Shown here: piece after piece, positions 55,615 through 64,000 of the stretch
Layout of the letters: every line of letters starts with the position of its first letter
Position numbering within the stretch: the stretch's first letter is position 1
Assembly: GCA_035995205.1 (NCBI GenBank)
Contig: DASYKS010000102.1
Location: 3,069-67,068, forward strand
Direction: 5' to 3'
Source of the DNA: Thermoanaerobaculia bacterium
GTDB lineage: Bacteria > Acidobacteriota > Thermoanaerobaculia > Multivoradales > UBA5704
Length of the DNA: 64,000 nt
Translations under genes and position numbers: made by a program
Notes under the pieces: generated by a model
What the model was told of the DNA's origin: nothing
Database searches by the model: none
Seen by the model: only the letters and a program-made list of their open reading frames with translations

Positions 55615-57270
55615 TTGCGGTGGACGAGGGCGAGGGGTCCTTTGGGGTTGGTGTCGTACAATGCCACCCCCCCCATGAGAAATATTCGTCCCGATCGATC
55701 CCGCGCAGGTAAACAAACTAGCCACGATTGGGCGCCGTTCCGGGCGGACGAGCGGCCGGTGGTGAAGTTTTCGCCCCATGCCGAGCACCGCCTGGCGCTC
55801 GCCTACGCGAACACCTACCACATCGGCATGTCGAGCCTCGGCTTTCAGCGAGTCTACGAGCTGACCCACGAAGCGCCGGGTTGGACCTGCGACCGCTTCT
55901 TCGTCGACGGCATCGGCATGCCGCGCGCGGTCGAGACCGGCCGGCCGATCGGCGAGTACGGCTGCATCTGTTTTTCGGTCTCGTTCGAAAACGACTACGT
56001 GAACCTGCTCCAGATGCTCGACCGGGCGGGGATTCCGCTCCGCCGCAAAGATCGCCGGCCGTTCGATCCGCTGATCGCGATGGGCGGCTCGTGCGCGATG
56101 ATCAACCCGCTGCCGATGGCGGAATTCGTCGATTTCTTCCCGCTCGGGGCGGCGGAAAACGTCCTGCCGGAGCTGCTTTCCGCGCTCGAAGAAGAACCCG
56201 ACCGCGAAGCGGTGCTCGCCCGCCTGGCCACCGCCCCCGGGTTCTACGTGCCGGCCTATCACCATCCGGAAGAGGACGGCGACGCGCTTGCCAAGCTGCG
56301 CAAGCTGGAGCTGACCGAGGAGCAGATCAAGCTCCCCGGGCACCTGCCTTCGACGGTGATCGTCACGCCGCGCACCGAGTTCGCCGACAAGTTTTTGATC
56401 GAAATGTCGCGCGGCTGTCCCGAGAAATGCAAGTACTGCTGGGCCACGTTCGGCATGGGCAAGTTCCGCTGGCACCCGACCGAGATGATCCTCGGCGCGA
56501 TCGACCGCGCCCGGTCGGTCACCGACCAGCTCGGCTTCGTCGCGACCGCGGTCGGCGACCATCCGGAGATCGAGCGCATCCTGCGCGAAGCGAACCGACT
56601 CGGCTTCCGCACCTCGGTCTCGTCGATCCGGATTCCGGCGGTGAACGAAGGCGTGCTCGACGCGCTCCACGCCTCCGGCGACCGATCGATCACACTCGCC
56701 CCCGAGACCGGCACCGACTCGCTACGCGTCAAAATGGGCAAGCCGATCCCGAACGATTTTCTGCTCGAAAAGATCCGGCTGATCTTCCGCCACCGTTTCA
56801 CCCAGCTGAAGCTCTATTTCCTGGTCGGTCTACCGGGCGAGTCGATGGACGACGTCCAAGGCATCCTGGAGCTGACCGCCCGCGCCCATCGCGTGATGCT
56901 GGAAGAAAGTGCGAAGACCGGCGTGATCGGCCACATCCACCTCGGCGTGAACGTCCTCGTGCCGAAGCCCTACACGCCCTGGCAGCGCGAGCCGATGGAT
57001 ACGGTGAAAAGCCTGAACGAGAAGGTCTCGCTGCTCAAGCGCGGCGCGGCCAAAATGCCGAACGTCTCGATGGGCTCGCTCTCGGTCCGCGAAGCGATCT
57101 GGCAGACCTACATCAGCAAGGCGGGTAGCGACGCGGCCGACGTACTGGAGCTCGCTGCGCGCGGGGAGCACCTCTCGGCCCTCCTCCGCCGCTTCGAAGA
57201 GAAGATCCACCCGGAGGTCTTCCAGCCGATGGCGGGGGATCTGCGCTGGCACTTCCTGCGGACCGGGTAA
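55615..57270 (+). CDS. B12-binding-domain radical SAM protein
   Basis: 551 aa. CxxxCxxC cluster (GCPEKCKYCW), N-terminal B12-binding-like domain. Start uncertain; ATG at 55675 is an alternative. Confidence 0.8.
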   Translation: MRWTRARGPLGLVSYNATPPMRNIRPDRSRAGKQTSHDWAPFRADERPVVKFSPHAEHRLALAYANTYHIGMSSLGFQRVYELTHEAPGWTCDRFFVDGIGMPRAVETGRPIGEYGCICFSVSFENDYVNLLQMLDRAGIPLRRKDRRPFDPLIAMGGSCAMINPLPMAEFVDFFPLGAAENVLPELLSALEEEPDREAVLARLATAPGFYVPAYHHPEEDGDALAKLRKLELTEEQIKLPGHLPSTVIVTPRTEFADKFLIEMSRGCPEKCKYCWATFGMGKFRWHPTEMILGAIDRARSVTDQLGFVATAVGDHPEIERILREANRLGFRTSVSSIRIPAVNEGVLDALHASGDRSITLAPETGTDSLRVKMGKPIPNDFLLEKIRLIFRHRFTQLKLYFLVGLPGESMDDVQGILELTARAHRVMLEESAKTGVIGHIHLGVNVLVPKPYTPWQREPMDTVKSLNEKVSLLKRGAAKMPNVSMGSLSVREAIWQTYISKAGSDAADVLELAARGEHLSALLRRFEEKIHPEVFQPMAGDLRWHFLRTG

Positions 57271-57274
57271 CGGC

Positions 57275-59395
57275 CTACCTCTCGCTCGACTCCACCCGCA
57301 CCCGCGCGTCGAGCGCCTTCGAGCCCGCGCGGTCGGTTCCTGCGATGAACGGATTGATGTCGAGCTCACGGATCGAAGGGTGGCGCTCGGCGAGCTGGGC
57401 GAGGCGGAGGAAGACCTCTTCGAGTATGGCCAGATCGGCCGGGGCGTCGCCGCGCACTCCTTCGAGCAGCGGGAATCCTCGAATGCCGCGGATCACCTCG
57501 CGCGCCTCGTAGGCGGTGAGAGGAGGAACGCCGAAGCGGACGTCGCGGAAGACTTCGACGTACTTGCCACCGAGCCCGAACATCAGTACCGGGCCGACTT
57601 TCGGCTCGGCGGAGAGGCCGAAGATGATCTCCCGGCCGCCGCCCGCCATCTCCTGAATTAGGAAACCCTCGATCCTTCCGCCTGTGCCTTGAATGCGCGC
57701 CTCCATCGCGGTCAACGCGTCCGAGAGCTGAAGGGGATCGCGTAGATCGAGGCGGATCGCGCCCGCTTCGCTCTTGTGGATCAGGTCGGTGACGATCGCT
57801 TTCGCTACCACCGGGTAGCCGAGCCGCCGCGCGGCGTGGAGAGCGTCGTCCCGCGTCGAGGCCACCTCGTAGCGGGCGACCGGAATGCCGTACAGCTCCA
57901 AGACGCGGAACGCGTCTCCGGGAGAGAGATAGCCGGAACCGGTGCGCGCAAGAAGAGCCGCCACGGCCGCGTCGTCCGCCGGAAACGGCTCGGGGAGCGG
58001 CTCGTCCGGCCGGCGACGCCAGGCGGCGTAACGGGAAAGCTGTTGGAGGGCCCCGGCGGCCGATTCCGGAAAGCGATAGACGGGCGGCAGCCCCGGACGC
58101 AGCTTGATCGTCTCGTAGAACTCCTCGGTCGCCATCATCACCGCGAGCACCGGCTTCTTTCGCGTCCGCGCGGCTTCGTCGATCGCCTCCAGCACGTCGA
58201 TCGGACTCGTCAGGAGAGGAGTCACGTTGATCGCGATCGCCATGTCGACATTTCCGTCGTCGAGCATCTCGGCGAGCGCCTTACCGTACTGCGCGGCGTT
58301 TGCCGACGCGATCATGTCCACTGGATTGTTGACGCTCGCCTCGGCCGGCAGGAACGAGCGCAGGTGCTCTCTCGTCCCCTCGGCCAACTCCGCGATTTGG
58401 AGCCCGAGGTTTACGCAAGCGTCGGTCGCCATGATCGCCGGACCGCCCGCGTTGGTGAGGATCGCGACCCGATTTCCCTCGGGCAGCGGACAGCCGTCGA
58501 GCGCGCGGGCGACGTCGAACAGTTGCTCGATCGTATCGGCCCGCAGCACGCCGCACTGATCGAGAATCGCGGAGACCGTGACGTCAGCTCCCGCGATCGC
58601 CCCGGTATGTGAAGTGGCCGCGCGAGCCCCCGCCGCGGTGCGCCCCGATTTGACCACCAGGATCGGCTTTTTCCGCGATACGCGCTTGGCGATCTCGGCG
58701 AAGCGGCGCGGATTGCCGAACGATTCCAGGTACATCGCGATCACCCGGGTCTCCGGGTCGGCCTCCCAATGCTCGATCAGGTCGTTGCCCGAGACATCGG
58801 CCTTGTTGCCCATCGAAGCGAACTGAGTGAGACCAATCCCGAGATCGCTCGCGACGTTCAAGATCGCCACCCCGAGCGCGCCGGACTGCGACACGAAGCC
58901 GATCGAGCCCGCCCGTGCGGGGGTCGGCGCAAACGTCGCGTTCAGGCTCACGCTCGCCTCGGTATTGATGATCCCCATGCAGTTCGGGCCGATCATCCGC
59001 ACTCCGGCCGCGCGCACCTTTTCGCGCAAGAGAGCTTCGCGCTCCGCCCCTTCGGTCCCCGTCTCGCCAAAGCCGGCGGTGATCACGACCAGACCCCTCA
59101 CTCCGTGCTTCAAACACTCGTCGACCGCGCCGAGCGCCGCCTCCTTGGGTACGACGATGATCGCCAGATCGACCGGATCGGGAATCGCCCCGATCGTGGG
59201 ATAGCACCGCAGCGAATGGATCGCCTTGGCCAATGGATTCACCGGATAGATCGGACCGGCGAATTCGTTCGCCACCAAGTTGTGGAGCAACGAGTAGCCG
59301 ATTGAATCGCGCCGGCGCGAAGCGCCGATCACCGCGATCGAGCGGGGAGAGAACAGAGAGTCGAGAGGACGGTCGGGGCGGTTTTCGGTGGGCAT
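57275..59395 (-). CDS. acetate--CoA ligase (ADP-forming) family protein, fused alpha/beta (CoA-binding plus ATP-grasp)
   Basis: 706 aa. N-terminal CoA-binding motif (RSIAVIGASRRRDSIGYSLLHNL), succinyl-CoA-synthetase-like domain, C-terminal ATP-grasp. Confidence 0.85.
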   Translation of the reverse strand: MPTENRPDRPLDSLFSPRSIAVIGASRRRDSIGYSLLHNLVANEFAGPIYPVNPLAKAIHSLRCYPTIGAIPDPVDLAIIVVPKEAALGAVDECLKHGVRGLVVITAGFGETGTEGAEREALLREKVRAAGVRMIGPNCMGIINTEASVSLNATFAPTPARAGSIGFVSQSGALGVAILNVASDLGIGLTQFASMGNKADVSGNDLIEHWEADPETRVIAMYLESFGNPRRFAEIAKRVSRKKPILVVKSGRTAAGARAATSHTGAIAGADVTVSAILDQCGVLRADTIEQLFDVARALDGCPLPEGNRVAILTNAGGPAIMATDACVNLGLQIAELAEGTREHLRSFLPAEASVNNPVDMIASANAAQYGKALAEMLDDGNVDMAIAINVTPLLTSPIDVLEAIDEAARTRKKPVLAVMMATEEFYETIKLRPGLPPVYRFPESAAGALQQLSRYAAWRRRPDEPLPEPFPADDAAVAALLARTGSGYLSPGDAFRVLELYGIPVARYEVASTRDDALHAARRLGYPVVAKAIVTDLIHKSEAGAIRLDLRDPLQLSDALTAMEARIQGTGGRIEGFLIQEMAGGGREIIFGLSAEPKVGPVLMFGLGGKYVEVFRDVRFGVPPLTAYEAREVIRGIRGFPLLEGVRGDAPADLAILEEVFLRLAQLAERHPSIRELDINPFIAGTDRAGSKALDARVRVESSER

Positions 59396-59517
59396 GTCGG
59401 GCGGAGTTTGTCATAGGGGGCCACTGAGTCCGGTCGCCGGCTGATCGCCATTCGCAGGTTGCGCCGCGCACGGCACGGGCGTATCGTTACGGTCAGCTTT
59501 CACTCTAGAGGCGCCTG

Positions 59518-60066
59518 ATGAGCATCGATGACCGCAAATTTCGTGAGCTGATTCTGTTCGTCGCGCGCGAGACTGAAGACGATCGAAGCTGCGGCGCGAC
59601 GAAGCTCAACAAGATCCTCTTCTACTCTGACTTCCGCGCCTACGAGCAGCTCGGTCGGTCGATTACCGGCGAGCGCTATCAAAAGCTCGAACACGGCCCC
59701 GCCCCTCGACGGATGGTTCCGGTTGCTGAGGCGATGGCCGCCGAGGGGCTCTGCGCCTGGGACGAGCAGGACTACTTCGGTTTCTCTCTGCGCAAGCTGG
59801 TGCCGCTGCGAGAACCCGATCTCTCGCTTTTTGCCGCGCCGGAGATCGACTTGGCGCGCCGAGTGATTCGCGAGTTGGCCCCCTTGAACGCCACCGAAGT
59901 GAGCGACCTGTCGCACCGTTTTGCCGGCTGGCAGGCCACCGAGATCGGCGAGGACATCTCCTACGCCACCGTGTTCGTGGACGAGCCGAGGCCATTTACA
60001 GCCGACGAGCTCACTTGGGCGCTCGAGATCGTGGATGTCTACGAAGCGGCCGAGAAAGCTCGTTAG
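59518..60066 (+). CDS. Panacea domain (DUF4065, SocA-like) protein, putative antitoxin
   Basis: 182 aa. KLNKILFYSDFRAYEQLGRSITGERYQKLEHGPAP matches the Panacea signature. Confidence 0.7.
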   Translation: MSIDDRKFRELILFVARETEDDRSCGATKLNKILFYSDFRAYEQLGRSITGERYQKLEHGPAPRRMVPVAEAMAAEGLCAWDEQDYFGFSLRKLVPLREPDLSLFAAPEIDLARRVIRELAPLNATEVSDLSHRFAGWQATEIGEDISYATVFVDEPRPFTADELTWALEIVDVYEAAEKAR

Positions 60067-60316
60067 AAAGCGGGAGTACCAGCAAGCCATCGAGAGGATT
60101 CGGCGCGAGACCGCTCGCGGCCCCGAAGCCGTCGAAGGGTTCGAGGAAGTCATTCGGCGCTCTCCCGAATTCGGCATGTCCCTCCCGGGTCGAGCCAAGT
60201 ACTTCGGCCGCCCCTTTCGAACCGAGGCGGGCTCCTACCTCGGGGTTTACACCTACGATGACGAGAAGGTGATCTGCCTCGCGGTCCGCAAGGTACCCAC
60301 GGGGACGTTCTCCTGA
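60035..60316 (+). CDS. RelE/ParE-like toxin (putative)
   Basis: 93 aa from an ATG overlapping the Panacea gene by 32 nt. The C-terminus GRPFRTEAGSYLGVYTYDDEKVICLAVRK matches the ParE/RelE beta-hairpin pattern. Confidence 0.5.
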   Translation: MSTKRPRKLVRKREYQQAIERIRRETARGPEAVEGFEEVIRRSPEFGMSLPGRAKYFGRPFRTEAGSYLGVYTYDDEKVICLAVRKVPTGTFS

Positions 60317-60651
60317 TCGCGATGCTCGAAGCGACAGGAACAAGCTAGTCGGCGGGCGCACGTGGTTTCGCGAGGGGTCAAGCTTTCGGAGACGAGCTGT
60401 ACGGTAAAAGTCAGCCCTTTCTGCGCCGCCGCCTATCTCTCTCCTCCCTTTCTCTTCCCGCTCGCCTCGGATTTCGGACGAAGTTCGGGCCAACGTGAAA
60501 GATCTTTCGCGCGTCGATTCGTTTCGCAGGCTAGAACTTCTTTCGTAGAAGCCCTCACAAACGGCCGGTCAGGTTCGTTGGAGCGGTTGATTTTTCCGTC
60601 GAAGAGAACGTAGGAAGTCTTTGCAAGTGACTCATACCAAAGAACTTAGGT

Positions 60652-60681
60652 TTGCAATTGCACCTTGATGACGGATAGATT
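60652..60681 (+). promoter_or_regulatory. sigma70-like promoter of XRE paralog 1 (TTGCAA, 18-nt spacer, TAGATT); start codon 7 nt downstream suggests a leaderless mRNA
   Basis: -35 at 60652-57, -10 at 60676-81, GTG at 60688. The cassette is conserved upstream of paralog 2. Confidence 0.5.
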
Positions 60682-60687
60682 CGGAGG

Positions 60688-61155
60688 GTGGAAATCTTTG
60701 AGCACCTCGGGGAGACGGTCCGCCGGCTGCGGAAGGAAAAGAAGAAGACCCTGTCCAAGCTGGGGCTGGAGGCGAAGGTCGGCAAGGGTCAACTCTCGCG
60801 GATCGAGAATCGCCGCCAAGAGGCGACTCTCAATACCCTGGCCAAAATCCTCGCTGCCCTAGACGTCGGCCGAAAGGAATTCTTCCGCCGGTACGACTTG
60901 GTCGAGGACGAGCACACCGCGGTCCATGGGAGCGGGAAACCCGCCCATCTCGGCCTCGGTTCCTCCGAGCCTCTCGCAGGCTCGCTTCGCCAAGTCCTTG
61001 ACCGGTTCGACACGTTCGTCCGGGCCGCCCTCGAACGGCCGCAACCGTTGGCGCAAGGCGCCGTCGAGATCGGTGAGTACGTCGTCTTCTTTCGGGTCGT
61101 GGCACGAAACGAAGCGACCCCGATGGCGCCCTCCGAGCCCGCGAACGGAGCCTGA
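60688..61155 (+). CDS. XRE-family HTH transcriptional regulator (paralog 1)
   Basis: 155 aa. HTH motif LSKLGLEAKVGKGQLSRIENRRQEATLNTLAKILAAL. GTG start with no room for an SD sequence. Confidence 0.7.
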   Translation: MEIFEHLGETVRRLRKEKKKTLSKLGLEAKVGKGQLSRIENRRQEATLNTLAKILAALDVGRKEFFRRYDLVEDEHTAVHGSGKPAHLGLGSSEPLAGSLRQVLDRFDTFVRAALERPQPLAQGAVEIGEYVVFFRVVARNEATPMAPSEPANGA

Positions 61156-61355
61156 TTCGGCCGGGACCTCGCGACGAATGCCGCAAAGCGAGAACTCGCC
61201 AAGGAGATTTCTCCTGGGATTTCTCGTCTAAATAGTGCGTGTCGTGGCTACTTATCTCTCGATTTCTATCAAAAAGTTGTCGTATGGCGACACAAATCAT
61301 CCGGATCGGGCATCTATGGTTCTGACGTAAGTGATTCTATTTGAATGACTTAGGC

Positions 61356-61385
61356 TTGAATTCGAACACCGATGCCGGATAGATT
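61356..61385 (+). promoter_or_regulatory. sigma70-like promoter of XRE paralog 2 (TTGAAT, 18-nt spacer, TAGATT); ATG 7 nt downstream, leaderless
   Basis: -35 at 61356-61, -10 at 61380-85, ATG at 61392. Shares blocks AAGTGA, ACTTAGGYTTG, GATGMCGGATAGATT and CACCTCGG with the paralog-1 upstream region. Confidence 0.5.
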
Positions 61386-61391
61386 TTCGGC

Positions 61392-61853
61392 ATGGAGATG
61401 TTCCGTCACCTCGGTTTGACCCTCCGCCTCCTGCGCGAGCTCCGTAATCAGAGCCAGGGACAGATCGCCAAGGAAGCCGGCATCAGCAAGAGCCAGCTGT
61501 CGAAGTACGAGAACGGCCGGCTGCCCAAGCTCGAAACGCTGGAACGACTGCTTCAGGCGCTCGGCGTCGAATACTTCCAGTTCTTCTACACCCTCTACCT
61601 CGTCGACCGGCGCTCCGCGAGCCTGCGGCGGCTGGCCGAATCGGCTTCCAGAGCCCCCGAGAGCGACGACGACAGCGATCGTCTGCTCGCCGATCTGCGC
61701 GAGGAGCAGAGCGTTCTACTGCCCGCCTTCCTGGAAGGGCCGGGTCGCTCGCAGTCGCTGGAGCAGGGCTTCAAGAAGATCTTCGACGATCTCCTCGGAG
61801 TCTACCGGATGGTCTTCGAAGAGCTTCTGCTCTCCCGCCCCGCCCGCAGCTGA
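61392..61853 (+). CDS. XRE-family HTH transcriptional regulator (paralog 2)
   Basis: 153 aa. QGQIAKEAGISKSQLSKYENGRLPKLETLERLLQALGV. Same MExFxHLG N-terminus as paralog 1. Confidence 0.7.
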   Translation: MEMFRHLGLTLRLLRELRNQSQGQIAKEAGISKSQLSKYENGRLPKLETLERLLQALGVEYFQFFYTLYLVDRRSASLRRLAESASRAPESDDDSDRLLADLREEQSVLLPAFLEGPGRSQSLEQGFKKIFDDLLGVYRMVFEELLLSRPARS

Positions 61854-62067
61854 TCCGCCAGCCTCCCCCCGGCCGAACCGACCCCAGGGAGGGGGATCGG
61901 GGGTGAGCTGAGTAGACGGTGACTTGACCCTGGTAGCCCTTGCTCCCCTCTCTCCTCGCCGCGACGACTTGTGGTAAGACATCCCGCAGCTTTCAGTTGT
62001 CTTAACCGATCAGCCGTTCGACGCCGGGCACTTCGTCCGGCGGCATGCATTTCATAGGGGAGATGAC

Positions 62068-64000
62068 ATGGACGCGAGAGGCAGGAGGTTTTCGCAGTCG
62101 CAAAGGCTCGGGCGGTGGGCTCTCGTCGGTTGGGGGCCGCTCGCGTTGGCCCTCGTTCTGATCGCCCTGGTCGCTCTAATCGGGGCGCCGCGGGGCGCCG
62201 CGGCGCAGGACACCCCACCGCCGAGCCCGGCGCCCACCGCAGAGGCCGCCGAGGAGCCGCCGCCCCAGGTGGTGAACGAGGAGATCACGGTCACCGCGCG
62301 GAAACGGGAAGAGACGATCCAGGAGGTCCCGTTCTCGGTCGCCGCGCCGAGCGAGGAGGAGCTGCGCAGCCGCGGCGCCGAGGACATTGAGGACGTGGCG
62401 GCCAACGTCGCCGGGTTCTCGGTCCAAAACTTGGGACCCGGGCAGAGCCAAGTCGCGATGCGCGGCGTCTCGGCCGGCCAGATCGTGCGCGACCAACCGG
62501 GAGTCAAGGAGCAGGTGGGCATCTACCTCGACGAATCGGTGATCTCGCTCTCGCTGTTCACGCCGGACATCGACCTGTTCGACGTCGGCCGGGTCGAGGT
62601 CCTGCGCGGTCCCCAGGGCACCCTGTTCGGCTCGGGCTCAGAGTCGGGCACGGTGCGCTACATCACCAACCCGCCCAAGGTGGGCGTCACGGAATCGTTC
62701 GGCGAATTCTCGGCCAACGGCACCTCGGGCGGCGATCCGGGCGGCAGCACCAAAGTGGCGGTCAACGCCCCGGTCGGGGATAAGTCGGCGCTCCGCGTCT
62801 CGGCCTACTACAGCAAGGTGGGGGGCTTCGTCGATGCGGTCCAGCCGGGTCTCTCGGTCAAAGAAGACGTCAACAGCTTCGATCGCTCCGGCGCTCGCCT
62901 GGCGTGGCGGACCCAGCCGAACGAGAAGCTGACGATCACCCCGCGCGTCATCTATCAAAAGCTGAACGCGGACGGCTGGAACCGAGCCGACGCCTACAAC
63001 ATCCTGGGCAACGAGTTCACCACGACGCGGCCGGCGGTCAAGCTGGGCGAGCGCGAGCAGTTCACCCAGATCGAAGAGCCGACCACCGACAAGTTCCTGC
63101 TCGCCGATCTCAACCTCGAATACAAGTTCGGCGGAGCGACGCTCACCTCCATCTCCTCCTACACCGACCGCGACATCCTGGTCGTGCGCGACGCGACCGC
63201 GTTGACCGCGAGCATCACCGGCGGAAGCATCGGCCTGCCGGAGCGGGCCTTCTCGATCGACGCGCCCTTGGACGACACGACGAAGGTGACGGTGCTCACC
63301 CAGGAGCTTCGTCTGTCCGGCAGCCGCGACCGGCTGGACTGGGTGGGCGGCCTGTTCTACAGCAAGATCGACCGCGACTACGACCAGAGCCTGCTGGTCG
63401 CGGGCTTCGAGGCGGCTTCGGGCATTCCCACCCGAGGGTTGCGGGCGCCCCAGGACGTGCTGTTCTTCTCGGACCTCTCTTATAACCTGAAGCAGTCGGC
63501 GCTGTTCGGCGAGGCGACCTGGGCGGTCAACCCGCGGTTCGACCTGACCGGCGGTCTGCGCTACTACAACTTCAAAGAGGATCGCACGCAGGTCTTCGAC
63601 GGCATTTTCGGCAACGACAACAACGGCACCTCGCTGGTCGCGACCGAGGGCGACACGTCCGCCAACGGCTTTGCGCCGCGCCTGATCGGCAGCTACAAGC
63701 TGAGTGACCGGACCTCCTTGAACGCCCAGGTTGCCAAAGGGTTCCGGCTCGGCGGGATCAACGACCCGCTGAACGTGCCGCTCTGCACGCCGCAGGATCT
63801 CGTGACCTTCGGCGGCCGCGGCGCCTGGAAAGACGAGACGTTGTGGAACTACGAGGTCGGCTCGAAGACCAGCCTGCTCGGCGGGCGCGGATCGGTCAAC
63901 GTCGCGGCGTTCTACGCCGACATCACCGACCTGCAAGCGACCGTGACTGCCGGCTCGTGCTCGTCGCGCGTGATCTTCAACGTGCCCAAAGCCCGCAGCC
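62068..64000 (+). CDS. TonB-dependent receptor (5' part; continues beyond the window)
   Basis: ATG with GGGAG 6 nt upstream. Signal peptide. Plug domain motifs (EEITVTARKREETIQEVPFSV, VEVLRGPQGTLFGSGSESGTVRY), then beta-barrel repeats. It has no stop before the window end and was not listed in the ORF track. Confidence 0.8.
   Translation, partial: MDARGRRFSQSQRLGRWALVGWGPLALALVLIALVALIGAPRGAAAQDTPPPSPAPTAEAAEEPPPQVVNEEITVTARKREETIQEVPFSVAAPSEEELRSRGAEDIEDVAANVAGFSVQNLGPGQSQVAMRGVSAGQIVRDQPGVKEQVGIYLDESVISLSLFTPDIDLFDVGRVEVLRGPQGTLFGSGSESGTVRYITNPPKVGVTESFGEFSANGTSGGDPGGSTKVAVNAPVGDKSALRVSAYYSKVGGFVDAVQPGLSVKEDVNSFDRSGARLAWRTQPNEKLTITPRVIYQKLNADGWNRADAYNILGNEFTTTRPAVKLGEREQFTQIEEPTTDKFLLADLNLEYKFGGATLTSISSYTDRDILVVRDATALTASITGGSIGLPERAFSIDAPLDDTTKVTVLTQELRLSGSRDRLDWVGGLFYSKIDRDYDQSLLVAGFEAASGIPTRGLRAPQDVLFFSDLSYNLKQSALFGEATWAVNPRFDLTGGLRYYNFKEDRTQVFDGIFGNDNNGTSLVATEGDTSANGFAPRLIGSYKLSDRTSLNAQVAKGFRLGGINDPLNVPLCTPQDLVTFGGRGAWKDETLWNYEVGSKTSLLGGRGSVNVAAFYADITDLQATVTAGSCSSRVIFNVPKARS

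Overview
This is a 64-kb high-GC (about 68-70% by eye) bacterial chromosomal segment. An 807-aa duplicated FtsX-type orphan permease of the ADOP kind points to Acidobacteria, but I cannot verify that without a database search. Most of the window is an ordinary housekeeping backbone: holB-tmk, LysM protein, cpoB/ybgF-like plus bamD, rpe, PASTA protein, nfo, S10 peptidase, lon, PIG-L deacetylase, sulfatases, Fe(III)-type ABC importer, MFS pump, lytic transglycosylase, yggS, DUF885 peptidase, divIVA, hutI, FKBP, a lipid-tailoring cluster, ADP-forming acyl-CoA synthetase, and a TonB-dependent receptor truncated at the window end. Accessory content is dispersed rather than forming one island. (1) A ~5-kb low-GC (~50%) insertion lies next to an initiator tRNA-Met. 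It is bracketed by nested, diverged copies of the MFS gene 3' end and carries one 1296-aa TPR-containing protein of unknown function; this is my best candidate for an undescribed single-gene system. (2) Three paralogous two-gene modules (small Trp-rich protein plus DUF1814/AbiEii-family nucleotidyltransferase) sit at 20.7, 35.8 and 48.3 kb. (3) A Panacea-domain protein plus RelE/ParE-like toxin pair is followed by two tandem paralogous leaderless XRE regulators with conserved promoter cassettes. (4) Two unusual noncoding arrays of ~21-bp phased repeats lie at 32.8-33.3 kb and 45.36-45.67 kb, the first together with GTGTTGCAACAC palindromes. (5) A conserved carbamoyltransferase / DUF5989 / SxtJ cluster is present; the 54-aa DUF5989 gene falls below the ORF-track cutoff. 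There are two tRNAs with CAT anticodon. I found no rRNA, CRISPR array, transposase or integrase. Many long ORFs in the track are antisense or alternative-frame artefacts of the high GC and were rejected. Coordinates for internal start sites were computed from ORF-track ends, not from manual base counting.
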